Source: Flavobacteriales bacterium
GTDB lineage: Bacteria > Bacteroidota > Bacteroidia > NS11-12g > UBA955
Direction of reading: 5' to 3'
Assembly: GCA_947463435.1 (NCBI GenBank)
Contig: CANHTS010000001.1
Coordinates: 3,700 to 67,699 of the forward strand
DNA: 64,000 nt
The notes under the pieces were generated by a model that ran no database searches, had not been told where the DNA came from, and saw nothing but the letters and a program-made list of their open reading frames with translations. Position numbers and translations under genes: made by a program. How positions within the stretch are numbered: position 1 is the first letter of the stretch; each line of letters opens with the position of its first letter. This document shows, piece by piece, positions 19,901 to 28,500 of this stretch.

Positions 19901-21229
19901 GATGAATGCATCGCCGTTGCCGCCATAGGTCGCTTGTTCAACGGCATAACCTGAAGCGGCAGCATGTACGAGTGAGGTGTCCGGAGAGAAGGTTTCACCG
20001 GCAATAAGCGGCTGTCCTTTGCGGTCCAAGGTGAGTGTTCTGGCTGTTTCATCGACATTGCCTCCGAAAAAGTTCGACCAGATCAATCGCCCATTCTGAT
20101 TGAATTTGGCGATGAATGCATCAGAGCCACCTTTGTGAACCGTTTGTACCTGCGGTCTGAAAAGCAGTCGGGATGTGTTGGTGGAGGAGAAAGTTTGACC
20201 TGCGATGTACACATGGCCAAAGGCATCGGCCTGAACGGCAAAGGCCGCATCGGCGCTGTCGCCGCCGTAATAGGTGCACCAAACGCGGGCATTGCTGCCA
20301 CCAGCGGGGCGCAATCGGGCGAGGAAAGCATCGCTGCGTGCGGTGATCTGATTCTGGAAGCTGCCGGTCGTTGCAATATTGGCCGAAGCGGTCCGGCCGC
20401 AGATATACACCGAACCATCGGCGGCTGTGGTGATACCCAGCGCCTGATCGCTGCCGCTGCCGCCCAGATAGGAAGCCCAGCGAAGGGCCGGCACCGGATC
20501 TACGACCAGGGCGCAGGTGCTGGTGTCTTTCAGTGCAAAGCCGCAGGTATGGCTATTGATTTTTATCCAGTTCACCTGAACCGGTTCTGCGTCAGTTCCG
20601 CAACGCAGGTAGGAGTTTGGGATGCGGTCGTTGAGCTGTTCTTTGCCGGCATAAATGGCGATTTCGGCGCCGTTGGGGGCGACCGTCAATGAATCTGCAC
20701 CGCGGAAAATGAAGCGTGCGTTTTCGAGCAGACGGGCATCGGACACTTCGAGTTCATACTTGAACCCTGCTTGCGGATCGCTGTAGAACACCACGTCTAT
20801 GCCCTTCCAGGCGTTTTTGTAACGGATTCTGCCGAAGACCGGAACATCGGTAAAACGCCCATGGGCGCTGTAATAGTTGAAATTTCCTGTTGCTGGGCCT
20901 TCCTCCTTCCAACCGTTGTGGACAGTATCGGCCTTTTCAAACTGGACGTCGATGCGCTGCACGAGCTTTTTGCCGCCCAATCCGGGTTTAAAGATTTCGT
21001 AGCTGAAGCCTCCGGTTCGGAACTGCACATGCATATCGGCTGCGACACCCAGGTATCGCACTGATTTAACTTCCCGGCCCTGCTGGTCGCGCAATTGTCC
21101 GTCGTTGCGGACAATGCCACCCGATGCCCCCACATCGGCCAGCAGCAGAACCCGGGGAACGAGCAGGCACAGGGCGAGTAACGCCATGCGCAGCCACGAT
21201 TCAGCCCTACGGGTAGTTGATAAGAACAT
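10955..21229 (-). CDS. Giant T9SS type-B cargo adhesin: SBBP beta-propeller, Ig-like repeats, ~17 PKD modules, ~5 SprB-like repeats, gliding-motility-type C-terminal domain
   Basis: ~3,424 aa. Contains WASYLGG/TYYGG + DAF repeats, W(D/N)FGD..Y...G.Y.V.L..GC.DT PKD units, CFG/CHG/CNG..GG..PY SprB units and C-terminal MPTAFTPNND..VYDRWG..WDG. Start is 21229 or 21187. Confidence 0.9.
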   Translation of the reverse strand: MFLSTTRRAESWLRMALLALCLLVPRVLLLADVGASGGIVRNDGQLRDQQGREVKSVRYLGVAADMHVQFRTGGFSYEIFKPGLGGKKLVQRIDVQFEKADTVHNGWKEEGPATGNFNYYSAHGRFTDVPVFGRIRYKNAWKGIDVVFYSDPQAGFKYELEVSDARLLENARFIFRGADSLTVAPNGAEIAIYAGKEQLNDRIPNSYLRCGTDAEPVQVNWIKINSHTCGFALKDTSTCALVVDPVPALRWASYLGGSGSDQALGITTAADGSVYICGRTASANIATTGSFQNQITARSDAFLARLRPAGGSNARVWCTYYGGDSADAAFAVQADAFGHVYIAGQTFSSTNTSRLLFRPQVQTVHKGGSDAFIAKFNQNGRLIWSNFFGGNVDETARTLTLDRKGQPLIAGETFSPDTSLVHAAASGYAVEQATYGGNGDAFILLLDTAGKRLYSTYWGGSAHDEALALAVNAGDTLFLGGRTRSGSLPNSINSIGSGYDGFVSSFLADGSALANRYFGGGGTDAVNSLFSDSSGLAVAGTTSSTGLGFLSGGHQGSLNRGASTTASDAFLVTLTTSLTPRWGTYYGGDNDEQGVAVTRDGSGYYFLLGNTTSPNGTARAIATPGSLYPNRRGASDAFLAKFNAGGSRSWGTYYGGNKDEIAHGFARGKGGNLFLTGETASDTGISRSGFQNVFAGTADAFTSALSVCPRFLRTKQGIACVNDTITLFAALDSSLFIDNYTGRAYSWSKAFPSSFKISWTGPNSFSSSVQFPKFKARWADTGLYRLVVFNEYGCSDTSYLRINKFLSDKGVSWNNLKTVFCRWDTIKLEASVAGGALYTWRGPRNFRDTGFILKRFPANANADGKYYIEVRDSGGCVEMDSMLISVRPIFTAESNSPICNRDTIRLSLVGPFRAQSASWSGPRGFSSSSFSPFIPNADSSRSGTYRVAVRDSLGCRDTLTVPLIVRPRLQVAITAPSNICRGARLDVRSRVVNTYGGYQYRWSGPASFSRLDSNFIINGITASYTGTFNLRLTDAGGCTYDTGFALNVRLPASIAIQSDSQRSCANTNYVSLRSTATLAAGNGSITQSNWTLGDGSTFSGVGPFGKRYAGSGTYAVRLRVNTSFGCLDSSTQNIVVYAEPTAGFSLNASAQCLDANRFVSTNTSSAGSGSLSYAWNFGDATTSAQAQPVKRYTSTGNFTIQLVATNSFGCRDTLRRSVAVNPDPSASFTVNRDKQCLNNNHFVFGSTSTISGGSIQSHLWSFGGGLFSSAARDSFSYPDSGIYRVRLIVSSNLGCNDTQWQTVQVYPQAKPGFNWNGDQCLRGNSFNFTNTSAVGSGSINGYTWRFGNSSSSTAKDPTGVRYSSTGTYAVKLITRTSNQCFDSITRTIQVKEHPKAVLNVDFDTLCFRGNTFNFTGKSSTAVAGSVMESYRWAFGPDASRTTDTSSVPASISYKSAGTKRITLITRDRNGCTDTAIKNTVVINSVNANFGVNNNNQCLRGHNFIFTNTTAGASTYTWSFGDGSGSTAFQPSKQYNSTGTYTVRLIAIGKDGCRDTISRNVVVNASPKAAFTLNNNRQCSRGNFFVGNNSSTGASSYLWDYGDGSSRTSGLNGGRVYTVSGKYNMTLIATNSAGCKDTFSLPLTIDAQPSAVIGVNKSAQCFWGHAYNFFGLSTVVNDSIISNTWDFNNGSGSTLKNPNAVYYSSTGTYRVRLISKSNAGCLDTVYQNISLLRHPTASWSVNQDTQCLNGNGFVFSNRSTPLTGSYINKARWFFGNGANPDSSNSLRPDTVKYSSIGTPRVTLIAYDQNGCSDTFFKFVHVKGNPRAGFTINDTDQCLSGNQFVFSSASVPAVGSQLRSWSWNFGTDASPGTGTVQSNNRVVYSSFGRKFVTLTVTDRNGCANSKTTSVIVYAKPSADFTINKLRQCFNTHAVELKNTSFSPIPGMKYVWDMGDGKRFSAFDTTYKYANPGKYTIKIISQQAVGCNDSISKQVNIIPSPVANFTVAPVCGLSLFLKFRSAVTFNPGKGYGTGIKHEWDFGSGFNWSGLDTVVGFRTAGYYDVRLKVTSDSGCVDIAKKPVEAYERLRAAFTVNNRNGCGVKQIFTFKNESRGPLGNKLKFYWEPGDSIPLGKTGKMQAVVSNDTDIVHQYAEPGGYRVRLIVVGEDGCRDTAYETIQVFDIPIAGFALQNPCSNTSVAVFNNTTVTKYGSISYKWDLGDGGISTSASPRWRYDSFGRYTVKLVARTSGGCMDSTTGMISIYPAPWIKTWDSTISDCKNNNLFYFKSRSGITGNSYLMHRWRLSDKTAATGFEFSKSFADSGQFMVIGTARAATGCEASDTVIVHVKPNPIAGFSMNDSDQCFKDNWFQFTNNSVSPGLGGGLNFLWEFGDGDTSTLKNAFHQYDTSGLLPVILHVTNSYGCSTAIAQRVRIYEHPVANFVVNDSAQCLSTNRFDMSNLTIYYGGGGIPDSYWEFGDSSSSRAHSPSHSYNIRGSYSVRLTVTSPYGCYDTTSRSVHVWQNPDKPVIRILRGVQCFGMLGALQATATGGQAPYTYLWNGNSRLRSNILDSVPANDYHLQIIDANGCESDESFTLTQPERMLDTINLINHVRCFAETSANANVKALGGVPPYRIEWTSNGRSYFGEELYRVPAGPYKLLIKDMLGCSIRDSFEIREPELLTLKATNLAAVSCFGGMAEVQLTAGGGIKPYRYAWNFVPNDSTRRQLPAGRHTVNVTDSNGCSRNLNFVVSQPTRLQALVDSFVDARCHGESSAVLYGNFVGGQMPVRYFWRDAANRNISSDRVAKGIPAGKYKLIVVDRNNCRDTMISTIEPKQPDPVRVKALGKLDITCNGGKNGLLWVTAEGGNAGYKYVWYTAPFLRTDSFLTNLVAGTYRVEAIDALGCRGDTVLSLSDPPKNPIFVGNDSVQICEYGTLNLQAGMNNGVIYRWIGPERSYAWGVNPLRLDSVRYKKDMVFKAIGQDRSGCLDSLEVHVFVNKLPLVSIQSVPETVCYEQYAELRGIGASSYTWTRYNPYFAKMDTLGVAQRLPFTPFQRTDTGIYYVTGRLSNGCSSTTRWKMKTGLDSVLASPDTMLCAGSIYVMRARGATNYQWITPQGRVINAPSIQLNRVNRIDSGLYQLRVTDIHNCSGTFQTNLRVWKQPLVNITDYTAKEVCEGQDLELSLNSDGVKFHWRGPGLDVRDQRLSQYVVKKMHPGLQGVYTAIAESPEGCVDSASMPITVNRLPDATFNFIKRCSEIITEEPVEFYANSQEKDDMSWELNFIPVSKERKFTYTFDKDGTYRLKHTRVTDKGCEHFEERFLEVQDKPRIWMPTAFTPNNDFLNPVYRPVMTSTVLNYKLTVYDRWGGKRYEWRGPNTGDITKGIWDGKINGILQPTDVYVIVVDYSTVCNENREIFTDRVSTDVMLIR

Positions 21230-21766
21230 CCGGTTGTTGGTTTGTTGTGGGCGAATATAGTGCGAAGAATTTGTGGATAAACAATGAAGTTCGAATAAAA
21301 TGCGCCTCAGAACACCTGCAAACACTGTTTTCAGCGCATTTTGCAGATAATTAACGCTTTGGTGTTTTGTGTAATTTTGGTAATCATTTGAGATTCTTCA
21401 GTTGCTAAACAAAGCATAGAATTCCAACCAGTCGGACAACTTTCCACATACGGCCGGCGGCACCGGCGCCGAATTTTCTCTATGCGAAAACTATACGAGC
21501 CGGCTTTCAGACATGCGATAGGTGGTGTTTGTAGCGAGATACAGTAGCGGCGGGCAACTTCAACAGAGTGGAGGTATAGCACTTGCCCAGGGTTTGATTG
21601 TTTCAGAAATGGAAACAGGCCGAAAAAATTGCTAAAAATTTTTCGGGTTTGTTGGGAACAGGTCCTTGAGCGGGTCGTAGTTCAATGAAGGATTAGGGTT
21701 TGTTTATGGGCGCGGATCCGCTCGCTTCCCGACAATCCGGGTTCGGCGGGAATTCAGTATGGACAA

Positions 21767-22210
21767 GGTTTCGCACGCTTCCGCCTAATCTGTAGTGGCT
21801 ACGGCCTGTATAGCGGTCTTTGCGTGAAACCGGTTTTGCATGCAGGTGAACTGTGGTCGAAAACGCTTGCCGGACGTGGTTTTGCACGCTTCCGCCTAAT
21901 CTGTAATGGCTTCGGCCCGCATTGCGGTCTTTGCGTGAAATCAGGATAACAAGTGGCCGGGCTTTGAACCTTGGATGCTTCTCTTGACCGGTGTCGTGAA
22001 CCTTTGCGGTATTTGCGTGAAACCGGTTATGCAGGCAGGTAAATTTTTGTCGGAAACACGTACCGGTCGCGGTTTTGCACGCTTCCGCCTAATCTGTGGT
22101 GGCTGCGGCCCATGTTGCGGTATTTGCGTGAACCTTGGGTTTTAGATTTACGTCTTCGATGTCGGAAATGCTTACCGGGCGCGGTTTTGCACGCTTCCGC
22201 CTAATCTATA
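21767..22210. repeat. Degenerate tandem array of ~111-bp stem-loop units (4 copies of the left arm)
   Basis: GCACGCTTCCGCCTAATCT in units starting 21767, 21878, 22071, 22183; right arm GCGGT(C/A)TTTGCGTGAA four times; linkers are also similar to each other. Confidence 0.9.
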
Positions 22211-22308
22211 CCCGCACGCTATGCATACCCCGTTTACCCGGCATACCCGAACTCATTCCATTCCCCAAACCCCATATAAGCCTTTTGACACAATCCGGAT
22301 TCACATCC

Positions 22309-22752
22309 TCACTGCCCGGCCAATCCAGGATCAATGCGGATATAATAGCCATCTCCGGCAGAGTCAACTGTTAAGATACCCTCACCACGTAAGCCGGAGT
22401 AGCGGTAACACGTACAATCGCTTCCGCAAGACGTGCTGTACAAATCTCCCTCCAGCATAATCAACCGCTTGCCATCGCTTAGTATCATCGGAAATGGTAA
22501 TGCGCCAATAAGCGAATTACCCGGAACTATGACATGGGTCTGTGAGTCACCGGGACCGGACGCTACACGGATTCCATAGTCATGTTGCCCGCCCGCCTCG
22601 TCTAATATCCGGATTGAATCCGTCAGATCAGACCATACTATATGCAAGTCTGCAGGCGGAATCGTGCAACCATTGCCACCCTTCTGTTTGTTGCAGGATG
22701 CCATTAAGCATAACAAAATCAGCGTCTTCACTATACCAAACCGTGCCAACAT
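22309..22752 (-). CDS. Hypothetical lipoprotein (147 aa)
   Basis: C-terminal part of ORF 22309..22977: MLARFGIVKTLILLCLMAS-C lipobox followed by NKQK. The upstream part of that ORF overlaps DUF2795 and its terminator. Confidence 0.55.
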   Translation of the reverse strand: MLARFGIVKTLILLCLMASCNKQKGGNGCTIPPADLHIVWSDLTDSIRILDEAGGQHDYGIRVASGPGDSQTHVIVPGNSLIGALPFPMILSDGKRLIMLEGDLYSTSCGSDCTCYRYSGLRGEGILTVDSAGDGYYIRIDPGLAGQ

Positions 22753-22801
22753 TTCGTTAACGTAAACGAACAAACTCCTTGCCGTAATGTCCAGCGAACA
22801 C

Positions 22802-22830
22802 AAAAAACCCCGGCAGCATGCTGCCGGGGT
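22802..22830 (-). terminator. Rho-independent terminator of the DUF2795 gene
   Basis: On the minus strand, ACCCCGGCAGCATGCTGCCGGGGT is followed by TTTTT. Confidence 0.85.
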
Positions 22831-22864
22831 GATAACAAACTTTTCGACCTGTGTCGCTACGAAC

Positions 22865-23086
22865 TCAGAGTTCGTCTTCGTTGAAGAAGTAGTCGTCGTT
22901 CGTTGGGTAATCGCTCCAGATCTCCTCGATGCTCTCGTAAGGCTCTCCGTCGTCTTCCAACTCCTGAAGGTTTTCAATAACCTCCAGGGGAGCCCCCGAA
23001 CGTATGGCGTAGTCGATCAGTTCGTCTTTGGTGGCCGGCCATGGCGCATCGTCCAGCCAACTCACAAGTTCCAGTGTCCAGTACAT
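22865..23086 (-). CDS. DUF2795 domain protein (73 aa)
   Basis: MYWTLELVSWLDDAPWPATKDELIDYAIRSGAPLEVIENLQELED, a conserved small Bacteroidota protein; ATG at 23086. Confidence 0.92.
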   Translation of the reverse strand: MYWTLELVSWLDDAPWPATKDELIDYAIRSGAPLEVIENLQELEDDGEPYESIEEIWSDYPTNDDYFFNEDEL

Positions 23087-23183
23087 AGGCGAGAGATTGT
23101 AGAATTTGCGCGAATAAAACAATTCCGCATGAATATGCAACGACTTTTTTTTAAGAATCGTATGTTGTTGTAAATCTGTGATA

Positions 23184-23191
23184 TACATTTG
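23184..23191 (+). promoter_or_regulatory. Bacteroidota -7 element TACATTTG
   Basis: Exact TAnnTTTG match, 9 nt before GTG 23201. Confidence 0.55.
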
Positions 23192-23200
23192 CATCCGCCT

Positions 23201-23872
23201 GTGAAAAAGCGTTTACCTGAAGGTTCCGGACTCTACGATGAAACACTGGAGGCATACTGTACCCAGCATTCTTCCGCAGAACCTCCCTGGCTCACCAGCC
23301 TCCAGCGCCTCACATACCTGAGGCATACCCATGGCCGGCAAATGAGCGGCCATCTGCAAGGAAGGTTCCTTTCCCTCCTGAGCAAAATGGTCAAGCCATC
23401 CCTGGTGCTCGATATCGGTACTTTCACCGGCTATTCTGCGCTCTGCTTCGCCGAAGGCCTGGCTCCAGGCGGAAAAGTGATTACCATCGAAGCAGATGAA
23501 GAAAATGAAACACTGATCCGCGAAGCCATCCACAGCTCTCCGTATGCATCTGTCGTGCAGCCTGTGATTGCCAATGCGCTTGAGTGGCTGGAAAATCACC
23601 CGGAAATCCATCCCGACCTGGTTTTCCTCGATGCAGATAAACGCAACTATCCGCATTACCTCAATAAACTCATTCCTATGATGTTGCCCGGCAGCCTGTT
23701 GCTGGCAGACAATACCCTGTGGAATGGAAAAGTGGTTGATCCGCAGGAAAGAGAAGACGATGTCGATACGCGTACCCTCCACCGCTTCAATGCCGTGGCT
23801 TCTTCGCATGCCGCGTTTGATACGGTCTTGTTGCCCTTGCGCGACGGACTTACCCTGATGCGCCGCCGCTGA
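23201..23872 (+). CDS. SAM-dependent O-methyltransferase (caffeoyl-CoA OMT / Methyltransf_3 family)
   Basis: MSGHLQGRFL, LDIGTFTGYSAL, DLVFLDADK, ADNTLWNGKV, LPLRDGL. Confidence 0.9.
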   Translation: MKKRLPEGSGLYDETLEAYCTQHSSAEPPWLTSLQRLTYLRHTHGRQMSGHLQGRFLSLLSKMVKPSLVLDIGTFTGYSALCFAEGLAPGGKVITIEADEENETLIREAIHSSPYASVVQPVIANALEWLENHPEIHPDLVFLDADKRNYPHYLNKLIPMMLPGSLLLADNTLWNGKVVDPQEREDDVDTRTLHRFNAVASSHAAFDTVLLPLRDGLTLMRRR

Positions 23873-23905
23873 ACCAATCGCCTCCGCAGCTGTTTTCTTA
23901 GCTGC

Positions 23906-24049
23906 ATGCACCGCAAAAGCTTTTTGCCTGAAAAAATCTGCTCCGTTTGTGGCAGACCTTTCGCCTGGCGCAAAAAATGGGCCCGTGATTGGGAACAGGT
24001 AAAGTATTGCAGCGACCGCTGCCGGGCCTCTGCAAAACGCCAATCATGA
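23906..24049 (+). CDS. DUF2256 small zinc-ribbon protein (47 aa; below the ORF-track cutoff)
   Basis: Manual translation [51 protein letters not shown] overlap with the photolyase start. Confidence 0.9.
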   Translation: MHRKSFLPEKICSVCGRPFAWRKKWARDWEQVKYCSDRCRASAKRQS

Positions 24050-25524
24050 AGGAGCTAACCCTCATTTTCCCACATCAACTTTGGCTCGACAATCCGGCTT
24101 TGCGCTCCGATCGCCTGATCATACTCGTCGAAGACCCGCTCTTTTTCCGGCAGTTCAATTTCCATATCAAAAAGCGCATCCTGCACCGGGCGTCCATGAA
24201 AGCATTCGAAGAACTCCTGCGCAGCAAAGGGTTTCATACCTTGTATATCAAGAGTGGCCCGGAAGCCGAAACCGCCGTTCTGCTGCATGCGCTTAAACAG
24301 GAGGGAACTGAGGCGATCCACCTGGTTGAACCCGACGACTACTTGCTGGAGAGGCGTGTCAGAAGGGAAGCGGGACGGCTTGGAATCCAACTCGAAGTCT
24401 ACGATTCACCCGGTTTTTTGATGAACCGGAAGCAAGGTGCTGATTGGATGGAAACCCACCGGATGCATCAAACCGATTGGTATATCCACTGGCGCAAACA
24501 GCTGGGTGTTTTGATGGAACCGGATGGGAAACCACAAGGCAAACGTTGGACTTTCGATACCGAAAACCGTCAGCCCTTTCCTGCCGGTTTGCAAGCGCCT
24601 CCCTTGCCGGAGCCGTCCCTTCCATCGGGTTTCTCAGCATGGTCCAAGGCTGTTCATTCCGAGTTTCCGGATGCGCCCGGCCATGCGGATCATTTTGAAT
24701 ACCCCGTCACCCATGCAGCCGCAGAAAAATGGCTCGATGCGTTCATCGAACAGCGGCTGTTCCATTTTGGTCCATACCAGGACGCCATGGTGCCGGGGCA
24801 GACATTCCTCTTCCACAGTGTACTCAGTCCTTTACTCAATACCGGATTGCTCACACCTGCCCAGGTATTGCAACGCACGTTGGATGGCGCTGCTGCATCG
24901 GGTGTTACCCTTGCTTCGCTAGAGGGTTTCATCCGGCAGGTGCTTGGCTGGCGGGAGTTTGTAAGAGCCGTTTACCACAGCCATGGCGTGAAGCAACGGA
25001 CCGCCAATCACCTGCAGCATACCGCGAAGCTTACGGAGCCTTTTTACAGCGGTAAAACCGGTTTCTTCCCTTTCGACGAGGCTTACTTTAGGTTGGAACA
25101 CACCGCTTACAGCCATCATATCGAAAGGCTCATGGTACAGGGAAATCTATTCCTACTCCTGGGGATCGATCCGGATGAGGTGTACCGTTGGTTCATGGAA
25201 CTCTTCATCGATGCCTATGATTGGGTAATGGTGCCCAATGTTTATGGCATGAGCCAGTACGCAGACGGCGGCGCGATGGTGACCAAGCCCTACATCAGCG
25301 GTTCGCCCTATTTACTCCGCATGGGCAAATACAAGAAGGCGGCTTGGTGCGCTGAATGGGATTCCTTGTATTGGAGTTTCCTTCACCAACACCGGGAAAC
25401 GCTGGCAGGCAATCCGCGTATGGCCATACCGCTCGCGTCACTTAAGAAGTTGGACGGGAAATTGGCCGGATACCTTCAGACCAGGGAGGCTGTGCTGCAG
25501 CGATTACAATTGGCCACAAAATAA
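24046..25524 (+). CDS. Cryptochrome/photolyase family protein (bacterial PhrB/CryB-like (6-4) photolyase clade)
   Basis: [88 protein letters not shown]. Confidence 0.9.
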   Translation: MKELTLIFPHQLWLDNPALRSDRLIILVEDPLFFRQFNFHIKKRILHRASMKAFEELLRSKGFHTLYIKSGPEAETAVLLHALKQEGTEAIHLVEPDDYLLERRVRREAGRLGIQLEVYDSPGFLMNRKQGADWMETHRMHQTDWYIHWRKQLGVLMEPDGKPQGKRWTFDTENRQPFPAGLQAPPLPEPSLPSGFSAWSKAVHSEFPDAPGHADHFEYPVTHAAAEKWLDAFIEQRLFHFGPYQDAMVPGQTFLFHSVLSPLLNTGLLTPAQVLQRTLDGAAASGVTLASLEGFIRQVLGWREFVRAVYHSHGVKQRTANHLQHTAKLTEPFYSGKTGFFPFDEAYFRLEHTAYSHHIERLMVQGNLFLLLGIDPDEVYRWFMELFIDAYDWVMVPNVYGMSQYADGGAMVTKPYISGSPYLLRMGKYKKAAWCAEWDSLYWSFLHQHRETLAGNPRMAIPLASLKKLDGKLAGYLQTREAVLQRLQLATK

Positions 25525-25560
25525 AGGTGCCCGTCTATTGAACGGGCACCTTATAAAAAA
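25524..25560. terminator. Terminator hairpin between convergent genes
   Basis: AAGGTGCCCGT-ctattga-ACGGGCACCTT with A/T-rich flanks. Confidence 0.75.
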
Positions 25561-25590
25561 CCAACCGGATGAATCCGGATTGGTGTCTGG

Positions 25591-28500
25591 TTATTTCACG
25601 GTAACGCGGGCCGAGTAGTAGCGGCCATCCTGGGTTTCAGCGCGCACGAGGTAAACACCGGCGCTCAGACCTTCCAGGCTGGCTACGCCCATATTGCCCT
25701 GGACCTTGCTCTGGTACAATACCCTGCCTTGCAAATCGGAAATCGACATGCGGTTCAGTGCTTCAGGCGCCTCGAACTGTACGAATCCGCTCGCCGGGTT
25801 GGGATACACACGGAGTGTTCCGGCATTCAGTTTATTCACACTATTGGCTTCATTGTCGATGAGTGTAAGGGTGTACACGCTGTCTGCACCTATTTCAATT
25901 CCCCAGTTGGGTTTGCGGAGTGCGAGCTGGATGGTTTCGTTGCCTTCGCTCAGGTTATCATCGAAAAGATCGACCTTGAAGGTATAGCTGCTGCGACCGG
26001 AAGGTACAACTACTGTGCGGTTGGCCATATTGAAGTCTGCATTCGGAGCAGCGGTTCCGCCTTTGATAGCCAGTTCAAACTGCACCTGTGCATTGGGGTT
26101 GGCAATGTTCACGGTGATGAGCAGGCTGGAGTCGTCTACTTCAGAGGAAGCACCGGCATTGGGTACGAAGCTGATAAAAGGGAAGGTGAGGTTTTGTACA
26201 TCCGCGGTATAACGGGGAACCAATGCGTAACCGGAGTTGTAGGGCGAACTGTTGTCGTCCTGGAATCCAATTCCGGAGATATTGAAGAACGTGCTCGGCG
26301 CGGGAGTGCCGTCTACATTGGTTTCAGCATCGATGGTAACATCCCACGTGCGGGCACCGTCTGTTACAGCTATTGTTTTGGTGGTATTGGCTCCGAGGGC
26401 GGTGGTAGGCCATGCTGCCGGGTCAACGAGTTTCACATTGCGCAGGCGGATGATGCGCGATTCATGTGTTTCGCTCAAGGCGCTGCTCACATTGGTGGGA
26501 GTGCGAACGAAGCCGGTGGTGCTCAGTCGGCGAACGGTGTCGAGGTTTTGCAATACCGTCATGCCATTGACCTGGCCTACGCGTCCTTGCACCATTACCG
26601 AGTCGCCTTCACGCACAGTGTAACCGAAAGCGCTTCCTGATCCCACAACCTGTATTGCGCCTGAGGTATCGATTACCGTAAACTGCAGGCCGCTGCTGCG
26701 GAGGTTTACGCCATGCACAACACCGAATACACGGCAACGCACGTTGATGGAATCGTTCACGCCGTTGCTGTTGATGCGGCTGATCTGGCGGATGCGGTAT
26801 GCCGGAAGGTCATCGCTCAACAAGGTCACAGTCATGGTATCGGGCTTGCCGATGGTGCTGTTGGTGAGGGTTGAAATGGTGAAAATGAGTCTTTCAGGTG
26901 CTTCCGACAATTCGTCGTCGATGATGGGCAGCTGGATGATCACACTGTCGGGGTCATTCGGGGTAACGGTGATGATGCGGGCCAGTGGGTTCATGGTGAA
27001 ATCCGAACCTGCGGTGGCCGTAGAGATGGCTGCGTTATAGCGGAAGATGAAGTCGCTGTTGAGATCGTTGCGGCCGTTAACATTCACGCGGATGCGCATG
27101 TTTCCATTCTTCTCCGTAACAGTTGCAGTGCGACGGGCAAAAGAGTAAACGGGCGGACGGTCGTTGTCGGTCACCACAATGGTGAGCAGGCTGTCGCCGC
27201 GGGTCGCTCCGCTGCTGCCGTTGATGCGCAAGGCAAGGACGATGGTATCGTTAGGGTCGACATCGGTATCATCCAGAATACGGGCGAAGAATACCACGCT
27301 GTCTGGCCCGGTAGATTTTCCTACGTTCACGGTGGTATCTGTGTTGGTGCTTCCGAGACGGAATTCAGCAGGAATGAAAGTGCTGTCGCCTCTTGATTTC
27401 ACAAGGATGCGAACACTGGCAGGAGCCGCAATAGCCTTGTCCATTTTGATGGTGATGGCTGCACGTCCTGCACTTTCGCGCACTGTAACGCGTTTCGGAA
27501 CAAAGCTGATCAGGGACTGGTCGTTGTCATTGATGAACAGGGAGTGTGTGCGTTCCAGGCCAATGCCGGCGCGCACAGGATCACGGAGTGAAATGGTGGC
27601 TACTTCCTGCCCTTCAACCGCATTGTCGTCGTTGATCGTAACGCGCGTTGTGTCGAAAGCAGTATAACCCGGTTTGAAGGTGATAGACTTTGGTGTGCTG
27701 AAATTGATATCGGCACCGGTGCCATGGCTGGCCGTTCCACCTACGTAAAAGAGGGTAACAGAGCTGGAATAGTCATTTGCGTAGCGGCGGCGCACAAGCA
27801 GATTGGTGCTTCCGGCGTTTTCACCTATTGTACTGCTCCGGAGCCAGAATTGGAAATCGGTTGGAACGAGGGCACATTCTTCGGTGCTAAGACGGATGGC
27901 CCTTGCAGCGTTGCGCGGATTAACAGTTGATATAGCTGTTCCTCCCCAGCCCCATATACCGTTCGAGTCGATATTGGAATACAGGGCATTTCCTGATTTC
28001 AGATCAAAGGAGGTAACCCGGCGAACACCATTGCTCAGATCGTTGGGAATTATAGTTCCCCAGCGGCCGTTCTTCCCTTGCACGCTGTCGTTGTAGAAGA
28101 CGGCAAGTGCACTCGCAATGGTGAAGCCTGAACCTTCCACAAAGGTCATGGAAAGCGGCCGACCGCGGCCGTCTATGTTGTCATATAAACCAACAATACT
28201 CTTGGGAGCAGCAGCGCTGATGCCAAAAATTGCAGAGGCCTTGGTGCTTCCGGCAGCGGTATCCATGGTCAGGCAGGTGATTTCTTCGTCTGCGTAGTAT
28301 TTCTCTACTGTTGAACCACCCGCTATAGCCTGAAGCTGAACATAAGGCAATACAACGTTTCCGGCATTGAATGCCGCATTGCTGCTGCGATAGAAGGCAA
28401 ACCATCCCTCATACGAACCACTAATATCGGTAGTCAGCGTATCATGTTGGCCGACATTGTTCAGCGAAAGTGAAGTGCCCGGGTTGCGCCATTGTCCTGA

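Noticed and set aside
21620..21646. Imperfect inverted repeat CCGAAAAAATT..AATTTTTCGG
   Set aside because: Low-complexity single instance; no second site or recombinase to suggest an invertible promoter.
21767..22210. CRISPR array
   Set aside because: The sequences between the repeats resemble each other, the period is ~111 bp and irregular, and no cas genes are present.
21331..22460. Short ORFs in the adhesin upstream region and repeat array
   Set aside because: No motifs and inconsistent frames across repeat units; more likely non-coding.
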